Of a DNA stretch of 64,000 nucleotides, positions 56,666 to 64,000 are shown piece by piece. Source of the DNA: an uncultured Gammaproteobacteria bacterium (GTDB lineage: Bacteria > Patescibacteriota > Microgenomatia > Levybacterales > GWA1-39-11). The position numbers were made by a program, and so were the translations under genes. The notes below the pieces were generated by a model. The model saw only the letters and a list, made by a program, of their open reading frames with translations, made no database searches and was not told where the DNA came from. The stretch lies in NCBI GenBank assembly GCA_964452165.1, contig CAYVKP010000001.1, forward strand, positions 426,375 to 490,374, written 5' to 3'. Numbering within the stretch: position 1 is the stretch's first letter; every line of letters starts with the position of its first letter.

Positions 56666-58271
56666 ATTCTTGCTTTTAAGCATAATTGTCTCCATCTTTG
56701 CCATTTTGGATTTATTCAATTATGGAATTCCTCCAACTCACGACGGAGAGTATCACGTTTTAAGATTCTGGCAATTTTATAAAGTTCTTGCATCTGGATT
56801 TTTGTATCCAAGATGGGCGCCCGATTTTAATAATGGTTTTGGGGTCCCTCTTTTTAATTATGTATATCCTCTTCCCAACTACATTGCCTCACTTTTTCAT
56901 TTTCTAGGATTTGGTTTTATCGATTCGCTCAAATTGAATATGGTGTCGGCAACCATTATAGGTGGGATATTTTTTTATCTCTGGACAAAAAAATATTGGG
57001 GGGAATTGGGAGGAGCGTTATCTTCAGTTTTTTATACTTTTTCTCCTTACCATTTCGTTGATATATATGTAAGAGGATCTGTTGGAGAGGTATGGGCCCT
57101 TGCTATCTTCCCGATACTTTTGTGGTCTTACGACGGTTTTATTGCAACTAAAAAAAGAACTTATCTTGCATTTTCTTGCGTAAGTCTGGGGCTTTTAATA
57201 CTTGCACATAACATATTAGCGTTAATGTTCTTCTGTTTTTTTATTTTATATTCTGCAATAGGATTTAAAAATAAAAGTGATTTATTGGCGTTTGCAATAA
57301 TAGTTTTGGTTGGGTTGGGTCTTGCCTCTCCTTTCTGGCTTCCCGCTCTTCTTGAGACCAAGTATGTTCAGGGACTTGCGATATTTGATATCAGTGCAGG
57401 TTTTACTGCCGTACATAAGTTTTTCGTCCCCACCTGGGGTTTCGGTATTTCTCCAAATGACCCATTAAATCCGATGTCGGTACAGATAGGCTATGCAAAT
57501 CTGTTTGCAATTTTTGTAAGTGCCATTTCCCTTATTTTTAAGAAACTAGGTAAGCTATCCATATTCTTTCTATTGTCATTTTTTGCAGTATTTTTCTTAA
57601 TGACTCCTTACTCAATTTTCCTTTGGAAACATATTCCTCTTTTTTCATATTTTCAATTTCCCTGGCGGCTTTTAAGTCTTGAGATTTTGATTTGCTCATA
57701 TCTTGCGGGGGGTGTAGTTTCAAATATAAAGGTGGAAAACAAAAAAATGAAATTCGTATTAATTATTGGCCTTTTTAGTTTGCCTTTATTGTTAGGTATT
57801 AGATATAGAAAGGCTTTCGTTTACTATCCAAGAAATGATAGTCATTATCTATCAAGATCTAACTTTACAGATGGGACTAATAGTCCGGGAAATGCATTTA
57901 ATACAAAGTGGTTGGACAAAGTTCCTCCTAAAGCCAAGAGCAGGATTAGTATTACAGGTGGTTCGGTTACATTAAAAAACTTGAAGATAACTCCCTTGTC
58001 TTATAATTTAGAAACAAGCTCCAGCCTAAGCTCTACCCTGCGAATTAATGCTGCCTATTTCCCGGGTTGGGAGGGGTCGCTCGACGGGCATAAGGTTTCC
58101 CTAGTTAACAAAAAAGGTTTAATATCGCTTGATATTCCAGAAGGCAACCATAAAGTACGGGTTTTTCTTGGAAGCACCAATATTCAAAAAATTTCCTATG
58201 TTTATTTTCTCCTTTCCCTCTTGTTTTTGGCTTTAATAACCAGAAGAACTATTGGTATAATTAAAAAATGA
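56631..58271 (+). CDS. Short YfhO-related polytopic membrane protein, family A paralog 5 (546 aa)
   Basis: 'THDGEYHVLRFWQFYKVL..GFLYPRWAPDFNNGFGVPLFNYVYP', 'FSPYHFVDIYVRGSVGE', 'FQFPWRL' and 'AYFPGWEGSLDGHKV'. Confidence 0.7.
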   Translation: MRTAKALYTKYKFLLLSIIVSIFAILDLFNYGIPPTHDGEYHVLRFWQFYKVLASGFLYPRWAPDFNNGFGVPLFNYVYPLPNYIASLFHFLGFGFIDSLKLNMVSATIIGGIFFYLWTKKYWGELGGALSSVFYTFSPYHFVDIYVRGSVGEVWALAIFPILLWSYDGFIATKKRTYLAFSCVSLGLLILAHNILALMFFCFFILYSAIGFKNKSDLLAFAIIVLVGLGLASPFWLPALLETKYVQGLAIFDISAGFTAVHKFFVPTWGFGISPNDPLNPMSVQIGYANLFAIFVSAISLIFKKLGKLSIFFLLSFFAVFFLMTPYSIFLWKHIPLFSYFQFPWRLLSLEILICSYLAGGVVSNIKVENKKMKFVLIIGLFSLPLLLGIRYRKAFVYYPRNDSHYLSRSNFTDGTNSPGNAFNTKWLDKVPPKAKSRISITGGSVTLKNLKITPLSYNLETSSSLSSTLRINAAYFPGWEGSLDGHKVSLVNKKGLISLDIPEGNHKVRVFLGSTNIQKISYVYFLLSLLFLALITRRTIGIIKK

Positions 58272-59323
58272 GAATAGCAGTTGATACGTCTCCTATAGGA
58301 AAAAAATCGGACTCGGCGCATAAGGTTCGTGGTGTAGGCATGTACATAAATATGTTGGTAGATAACCTTCCAAAATTTGATAAAAAGAATGAATATATTT
58401 TTTTTGAGGGGAATAAGTATCCTGAAAATGTGGATTTAGTTCATTATCCCTATTTCGATCCCTTTTTTTTGACTTTACCCTCCAGCATTAAAAAAAAGTT
58501 TGCAGTTACTGTTCACGATTTAACTCCACTTGTGTTCAAAAAAAATTTCCCTGCTGGATTAAAGGGTAACATCAGATGGCTACTTCAGAAGAAGAGATTA
58601 CAAGGGGCAGGAGTTGTAATTGCCGATTCCCAAGTTTCCAAGAGTGACATAGCAAAGATTGCCAGCATAGATCAGAATAAAATTAAAGTAGTATATCTTG
58701 CGGCAGACGCAAAGCTTAAAAAAATTACAGGTTCTTCCTGGAAAATTTCGATCAGGAAAAAATATTCACTGCCCGACAATTTCTTACTTTACGTAGGTGA
58801 TGCCACGTGGAATAAAAATTTACCAAATCTCATTGAGGCAATTCAAAAAACTGATAGCAAACTGGTTATGGTTGGCAAAGTATGGGAAAATTCCTCAACA
58901 GAAATTCTGAATCACCCCTGGAATAATGATCTGAAAAAAACTCTATCGCAAGTTCAAAAAGACGATAGATTTATTCGTTTGGGTTTTGTCCCAACTGAAG
59001 ATCTTGCCGCGATATATAATTTGTCGACAGCGCTTTTAATGCCTTCAATATACGAGGGTTTTGGCCTACCGGTACTTGAGGCAATGTCTTGCGGGTGTCC
59101 AGTTATCTGTTCTCGAGGAGGAAGTCTGCCGGAAGTCGGAGCAGAAGCCGCATATTATATGGACGGATTTGATAGTAGCAGCATAGCCGAGGCAATAGAA
59201 AAAGTTGTCGGAGGTATTGACTTACAAAAGAAGTTATCAGAAAGAGGGTTGGTCCAAGCAAAGAAGTTTTCAATTGAAAAATCAATTAGATCCCTCGTGG
59301 AAACATATGAAGGCATTTATTAA
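58268..59323 (+). CDS. GT4 family (GT-B) glycosyltransferase
   Basis: 'EGFGLPVLEAMSCGCPVICSRGGSLPEV' is the E-x7-E motif. Confidence 0.8.
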   Translation: MRIAVDTSPIGKKSDSAHKVRGVGMYINMLVDNLPKFDKKNEYIFFEGNKYPENVDLVHYPYFDPFFLTLPSSIKKKFAVTVHDLTPLVFKKNFPAGLKGNIRWLLQKKRLQGAGVVIADSQVSKSDIAKIASIDQNKIKVVYLAADAKLKKITGSSWKISIRKKYSLPDNFLLYVGDATWNKNLPNLIEAIQKTDSKLVMVGKVWENSSTEILNHPWNNDLKKTLSQVQKDDRFIRLGFVPTEDLAAIYNLSTALLMPSIYEGFGLPVLEAMSCGCPVICSRGGSLPEVGAEAAYYMDGFDSSSIAEAIEKVVGGIDLQKKLSERGLVQAKKFSIEKSIRSLVETYEGIY

Positions 59324-60566
59324 AAAAACTTTTGCTAACAAATTTTTGTCGGCCACCCTTTGGGTATTCCTTGGAACCGGTTTCATGAATTTCGGGAGTT
59401 ACGTCTACCACCTGTTGATGGGTAGAATGCTGGGTGTTTCTCTATATGGAGCACTTGAGAGCGTTATCTCGCTTCTTTATATATTGTTTGTGCCAACTCT
59501 TGCTCTAAGTTTGGTAGTCGTCAAGTTCGTCTCAGAGTATAAAGGCAAGGGAGAGAAAACCTTAATGAGCGATCTGTATAACTACGCCTTCAGTAAGTTG
59601 GTTTTGCTTGGGGTTGCAACTTCGGTCTTGGTTATTCTTTTGACTCCTATTCTAAAATCATTCTTGCATCTTTCATCAAACTTTTTAATTCCAATTCTTG
59701 CGTTGACCTTTTTGCTAAATCTTGTTTACACCCTTAATAAGAGTGTAGTCCAGGGTACATCATCATTTTTTAAATTCGGAATTCTAAACTTTCTTGAAAC
59801 AGCCGGAAAGCTTGTTTTTGCTGTTGTATTGGTTTGGTTGGGTTTTAAAGTGGAGGGCGCATTCGCCGCTACCGGAATAGGACTTTTGTTAGGATTTGTC
59901 CTATCGATAAGTTTTATACGTGGCATTATTAAAACTAAATTTGATATTAGTGCTAAATTCTCAAAGCAAAAAAACCTACTTAAATTTGCAATCCCCACAT
60001 TTATAACAACGCTTGCTCTCATGTCATTGTTCACAACTGACATCGTTTTGGTCAGACATTTTTTCAGCGGAACAGAATCGGGGTATTACTCAGCGTTGTC
60101 GGTTTTGGGAAAGATAGTTTACTACGGAGCATCGCCGATTGTTTTTGTAGTCTTTCCCATGGTGTCAGAATCTCACGCAAGAGGAGATAGATATCAAAAG
60201 TTTTTGATAGGCGGTTTTGCTATTACTCTTGCAATATGTTCTGCGATAACTATTATTTACTTTACTGCCTCAAATCTAATGGTTAATCTACTGTTCGGAC
60301 CTAAATTTTCACCAATTGCTCCCCTCCTTGGTTTGTTCGCAGTATTCATTTCCATATATGCTTTGGGATCATTGCTCGCAAACTTTTATCTTTCTATTCA
60401 TAAAACAACATCTTCTATAATCGTTGCTGTTGCCGCTATCGCGCAGATAATTTTGATAAATTTTTTCCACGCAAATCTCTCTCAGGTAATATGGGTTTCT
60501 ATAATAGTTACATTTTTACTTCTAATATCCCTTTTGCTATACTATCCGCATGCAAAAAGTGGATAA
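59307..60566 (+). CDS. Wzx/MOP-superfamily polysaccharide flippase (second copy). Start at 'MKAFIKK'; the ORF-track start at 59205 lies inside the GT4 gene
   Basis: It has about 12–14 TM segments, and 'polysaccharide biosynthesis protein'-like N-terminal helices ('LWVFLGTGFMNFGSYVYHLLMGRMLG'). Confidence 0.65.
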   Translation: MKAFIKKTFANKFLSATLWVFLGTGFMNFGSYVYHLLMGRMLGVSLYGALESVISLLYILFVPTLALSLVVVKFVSEYKGKGEKTLMSDLYNYAFSKLVLLGVATSVLVILLTPILKSFLHLSSNFLIPILALTFLLNLVYTLNKSVVQGTSSFFKFGILNFLETAGKLVFAVVLVWLGFKVEGAFAATGIGLLLGFVLSISFIRGIIKTKFDISAKFSKQKNLLKFAIPTFITTLALMSLFTTDIVLVRHFFSGTESGYYSALSVLGKIVYYGASPIVFVVFPMVSESHARGDRYQKFLIGGFAITLAICSAITIIYFTASNLMVNLLFGPKFSPIAPLLGLFAVFISIYALGSLLANFYLSIHKTTSSIIVAVAAIAQIILINFFHANLSQVIWVSIIVTFLLLISLLLYYPHAKSG

Positions 60567-61323
60567 AATCAATCTCATTTCGTTTGTTGTCCCAGCTTAC
60601 AAACAACAAAAAACAATAGTAAAAGACATAAGTAATCTTAAGAAAGTTCTGTCAGCCCTTCCTTACAAATATGAAATAATTGTTGTGGTTGATGGAAGAC
60701 TTGATAACACCGCCGACAGATTAAATCGGTACAGGAAAGATGATACCGTCGTCTTAGAATATGAAAAAAATCAAGGCAAGGGTTTTGCTGTTAAACACGG
60801 CGTATTAACAGCAAAGGGAGACCTTATAGGTTTTATTGATGCGGGAATGGATCTTGATCCGTCTGTAATTTCGATAATGATAGATTTGATGGAATGGAAC
60901 AACGCCGACATTGTGATTGGCAGTAAGCTTCATCCTGATTCTAAAGTTAAATATCCGCTCATAAGAAAAATCTTATCCTGGGGGTGGAGGAGCTTGACAC
61001 ATATAATATTCGGATTTTCAATCAAAGATACTCAGGTGGGTCTTAAATTATTTAAAAGAAGGGTAGCAAGAGATGTATTTCCGAGGCTTCTCGTAAAGAG
61101 ATTTGCTTTTGATGTTGAGATGCTATCTTTGGCGTATGCTTTGGGTTATAGGAAGATAATCGAGGCACCCGTTAGGCTTAATTTTAGGAATACTAGCTCC
61201 ATCACGTCCTCTAATTTCTGGAAAGAGATATTTCAAATGCTTTGGGACAGCGCTGCTGTTTTTTATAGAGTTAAGTTAATTAAATACTACAGAAAAAGTA
61301 ATAAAAAAAACTGGTTAAATTAG
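60550..61323 (+). CDS. GT2 polyprenol-phosphate glycosyltransferase-like (DPM1/CsbB-like)
   Basis: 'ISFVVPAYKQQKTI...YEIIVVVDGRLDNT...GFIDAGMDLD' and a C-terminal amphipathic region. Confidence 0.7.
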   Translation: MQKVDKINLISFVVPAYKQQKTIVKDISNLKKVLSALPYKYEIIVVVDGRLDNTADRLNRYRKDDTVVLEYEKNQGKGFAVKHGVLTAKGDLIGFIDAGMDLDPSVISIMIDLMEWNNADIVIGSKLHPDSKVKYPLIRKILSWGWRSLTHIIFGFSIKDTQVGLKLFKRRVARDVFPRLLVKRFAFDVEMLSLAYALGYRKIIEAPVRLNFRNTSSITSSNFWKEIFQMLWDSAAVFYRVKLIKYYRKSNKKNWLN

Positions 61324-61324
61324 A

Positions 61325-62437
61325 GTGAATATATTAATTCTTAATTGGAGAGATATTAAAAATCCGCAATCTGGTGGAGCTGAGATTTTGACACACGAAT
61401 TGGCAAAGAGAATGGTTGGGGACGGTCAGAACGTCATCCAATTTTCCTCAAGATACAAAAACTCAAAGGCGAGTGAGATGGTGGATGGGGTAAAAATAAT
61501 AAGAAGGGGTAATCCTGATGCTAGGACGCTCTTTTCCTCCGTTCATTATGAAGCTTACAAATATTATAAAAAAAATTTAAAAGGGAAAGTCGATTTGGTT
61601 ATTGATGAAGTTCATGGTATTCCTTTCTTTACCCCCTTGTATGTTAAAGAAAAAAAAGTAGTTTTAATATGCGAGGTCGCAGGAAAGTTGTGGGACGTTG
61701 CCGTAAAGTTCCCTTTTAATTTTTTTGGGAAAAGCGTTGAAAAAATTTATCCTTTTCTTTATAAAAACTTACCCGTGATAACAATATCCAATTCTTCAAA
61801 GAATGAACTTGTAGACTTGGGATTTTCAAAAAAAAGTACAAGCGTAATTAAGCTCGGCTGTGATACTCCAATCATCTCAAATCCAAAAAAAAATAAATTT
61901 CCAACTCTCATATTCGTAGGAAGACTGACTCGTCAGAAGGGAATAGAAGACGCAATTCTGGTAACGTCTATCTTAAAAAAAAGTTTTCCCAGGATTTGCC
62001 TATGGGTTATAGGTAGGGGACAGGATAGATATGTGAGATACTTGAATGAGCTTATTAAAAAAAGTTCTCTTGAACAGAATGTGAAGCTTTGGGGTTTTGT
62101 AGAAGACGATGAAAAAAATAAATTACTCGAGAAGTCTCATGTATTGATTTCTCCCTCAGCCAAGGAGGGCTGGGGATTAACAGTGCATGAAGCGGGCGCA
62201 AGGGGTACTCCGTCTGTGACCTATAACGTTGAAGGTTTGAGGGAAGTGGTTATTCCCGGTAAGAATGGATTACTATCAAAAACCAATACACCGGGGGACA
62301 TGGCAAAATCAGTAGAGCTCTTACTAAGTGACAAAAAAAAGTATGAGCAAATGCAGCAAGGAGCGATAGAGGAGAGGAAAAAGTTTACCTGGCAGGCAAC
62401 TTATAACAACTTCAAATCTATAATTGACAATGATTAA
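61325..62437 (+). CDS. GT4 family (GT-B) glycosyltransferase
   Basis: 'EGWGLTVHEAGARGTPSVTYNVEGLREVV' is the E-x7-E motif. The N-terminus is 'ILILNWRDIKNPQSGGAE'. Confidence 0.8.
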   Translation: MNILILNWRDIKNPQSGGAEILTHELAKRMVGDGQNVIQFSSRYKNSKASEMVDGVKIIRRGNPDARTLFSSVHYEAYKYYKKNLKGKVDLVIDEVHGIPFFTPLYVKEKKVVLICEVAGKLWDVAVKFPFNFFGKSVEKIYPFLYKNLPVITISNSSKNELVDLGFSKKSTSVIKLGCDTPIISNPKKNKFPTLIFVGRLTRQKGIEDAILVTSILKKSFPRICLWVIGRGQDRYVRYLNELIKKSSLEQNVKLWGFVEDDEKNKLLEKSHVLISPSAKEGWGLTVHEAGARGTPSVTYNVEGLREVVIPGKNGLLSKTNTPGDMAKSVELLLSDKKKYEQMQQGAIEERKKFTWQATYNNFKSIIDND

Positions 62438-63758
62438 GGTTATCAAAAAGAAATATATTTACATCATCCTTCTGGTAATTATAGTTCTCGGCTTTTTTCT
62501 GAGAAAGCACGACTTAAATACATGGCCAAGACTTGGGGCAACCTTTGATGAATATGCATGGACCTGGCAGGGAATGAATCTTATAGAGAAGGGGGTACCG
62601 ATTTCTTGGTCTCCTCATCCTCAGTATAAAAATGCAAAAGAAATCATTTACCAAAAAACACATTTTAGACTCGTAACTCCATACCTTGAGCACCCGCCAC
62701 TATTTGGTCTGGTTGCGGGAGGGTTTGCTATATTAAGAGGTGCACAAGACATGTATCATCTTGAGCTTAGATATATTCGTCCTCTGGCATTGTTACTTGG
62801 AACAATTAGTATATTTTTGGTTTATTTACTCGCAAGCGAAATATACGACAAAAGAGTAGGCATTCTTTCCTCAGTACTTTATGCTGTTGTTCCTACTGTC
62901 GCGGTTGGATCAAGAATAGTCCAGAATGAAAACTTTTTCATACCTCTTTGGTTGTGTAGTCTATTTTTAATAACGAAATTTATCAAAACGAAAAATCCCA
63001 CATATAGAAATATTGCTGCCGTTATTTGTGGACTTTTGATTTTAGCCAAAATTCCTTGGATCGCAGCCGCTGGATCAATAATTCTCATCTTGATGTATTT
63101 GAAGAAATATAAAGACGCTGGAATGTTTGCCGCCATTGTAATTCCGATCGCACTTATTTATCTTGTTTATGGAATTTATTTTGATTCCAAACTTTTCTTC
63201 AGTCTTTGGGGACTCCAGCTTAACCGATACGACATAAGTTTTACAAGTATATTTGCCTTATTCCAAAAGCCATATCTCGTTGACCGTTTTTTAACTGATG
63301 GGTGGATTTATTTTGGTTGGTTTGCCTACGTCTTATTGTTGGCCAAAGATTTTAAGAAAAATTTTATTATAATCCTGGCCTTATTATCTTATTTTGTAAT
63401 TTTTCTGGCTGGAATTCCGGATGAACCGGGACACGGCTGGTATAGATATCCATTCTATCCCTTCCTGATTATTTCTATTGCTCTTTTCATTAAGGAATAT
63501 TTCAATAAAAATTATCTCCTAACGTTTTTCTTCCTGGTTTTGGTAGGTGCTCCCCTGTTACAGTTGACATGGGTTCCAGTATTCGGATTTTCATATTTCA
63601 TATTTAGGTTGGCGATAATAGGCTGGAGTACATCTTTATTACCCGTTTTTATTCCAAATAAGAGCTTAGCTAGGTTTTCGCATGTAGCGAGCTACATCTG
63701 GTTTGGATTGTTTATCATCCTTAGTATTTTTGCCACGCTACAGTATAATGAACAATAG
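62424..63758 (+). CDS. PMT_2/GT39-like GT-C polytopic membrane glycosyltransferase (444 aa)
   Basis: 'GATFDEYAWTWQGMNLIEKG' is a DE-type first-loop motif. It has about 11 TM segments. Confidence 0.6.
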   Translation: MTMIKVIKKKYIYIILLVIIVLGFFLRKHDLNTWPRLGATFDEYAWTWQGMNLIEKGVPISWSPHPQYKNAKEIIYQKTHFRLVTPYLEHPPLFGLVAGGFAILRGAQDMYHLELRYIRPLALLLGTISIFLVYLLASEIYDKRVGILSSVLYAVVPTVAVGSRIVQNENFFIPLWLCSLFLITKFIKTKNPTYRNIAAVICGLLILAKIPWIAAAGSIILILMYLKKYKDAGMFAAIVIPIALIYLVYGIYFDSKLFFSLWGLQLNRYDISFTSIFALFQKPYLVDRFLTDGWIYFGWFAYVLLLAKDFKKNFIIILALLSYFVIFLAGIPDEPGHGWYRYPFYPFLIISIALFIKEYFNKNYLLTFFFLVLVGAPLLQLTWVPVFGFSYFIFRLAIIGWSTSLLPVFIPNKSLARFSHVASYIWFGLFIILSIFATLQYNEQ

Positions 63759-63779
63759 TAAAAAAAATCCACAGAAAGT

Positions 63780-64000
63780 ATGAAAGTTTTTATTACAGGT
63801 GCCGGAGGGCAGCTAGCCAGATCATTTTCAGAGATTAATTCTAAAAACGAGTTGCACCTCGTGGGTAAAGAAGACCTAGACGTTACAAATTTGAATCAAG
63901 TCCTTCAACAAGTAGCTGCATTTAAGCCCGATATAATTTTCCATTTTGCCTCTATGACACGCGGAGATGAATGTACAAAAAATCCAGACCGAGCGTATGA
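63780..64000 (+). CDS. rfbD: dTDP-4-dehydrorhamnose reductase, N-terminal fragment (continues past the window end)
   Basis: 'MKVFITGAGGQLARSF...DLDVTN...KPDIIFHFAS' is the RmlD NAD(P)-binding N-terminus. Confidence 0.7.
   Translation, partial: MKVFITGAGGQLARSFSEINSKNELHLVGKEDLDVTNLNQVLQQVAAFKPDIIFHFASMTRGDECTKNPDRAY

Noticed and set aside
59205-59306. Upstream extension of the second flippase gene into the GT4 gene
   Set aside because: A 119-nt overlap with the GT4 3' end is unlikely. The membrane-protein sequence proper starts at 'MKAFIKK' (59307).
1-64000. CRISPR arrays, rRNA genes, transposases/IS elements, integrases, toxin–antitoxin pairs
   Set aside because: I scanned for short, regularly spaced direct repeats, rRNA-like conserved blocks, DDE/tyrosine-recombinase motifs and small paired ORFs. 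None was found. The only RNA gene seen is tRNA-Glu.

Overview
The window reads as a compact, AT-rich bacterial chromosome segment with near-continuous coding and many 1–35 nt gene overlaps. Inferred only from gene content and packing, it looks like a Patescibacteria/CPR-like (Microgenomates-type) genome.

The first ~15 kb holds housekeeping and accessory genes:
- a 5'-truncated GH13 alpha-glucosidase;
- a tiny Cys-rich protein next to a minimal SET-domain protein;
- ribE and ribH, plus a stand-alone riboflavin kinase on the opposite strand;
- Lon protease;
- a translationally coupled Ku–LigD non-homologous end-joining operon;
- DUF3072 and DUF72 proteins, several orphan ORFs, and a tRNA-Glu(CUC).

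From ~15.2 kb to the window end is a ~49 kb, almost strictly co-directional cell-envelope glycosylation supercluster:
- about 11 GT2 enzymes, including CsbB/DPM1-like polyprenol-phosphate glycosyltransferases;
- 3 GT4 enzymes;
- 2 Wzx-type flippases;
- 4 full-length YfhO-family GT-C proteins;
- 5 copies of a shorter YfhO-related paralog family with a conserved N-terminal HDG acidic motif;
- 5–6 ArnT/PMT (GT39/83)-like proteins;
- 2 DUF2029/GT87-like proteins;
- GalE and the start of RmlD.

The most unusual element is a 3-gene cassette embedded in this cluster. It encodes an HD hydrolase, a 'substrate-domain + phospho-His swivel' protein, and a separate ATP-grasp PPDK_N protein. Together the last two form a split, order-permuted dikinase resembling PEP synthase or rifampin phosphotransferase. 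The cassette is bracketed by a diverged duplicate of the upstream GT2 gene's 3' end.

No CRISPR, rRNA, transposase or integrase was seen.
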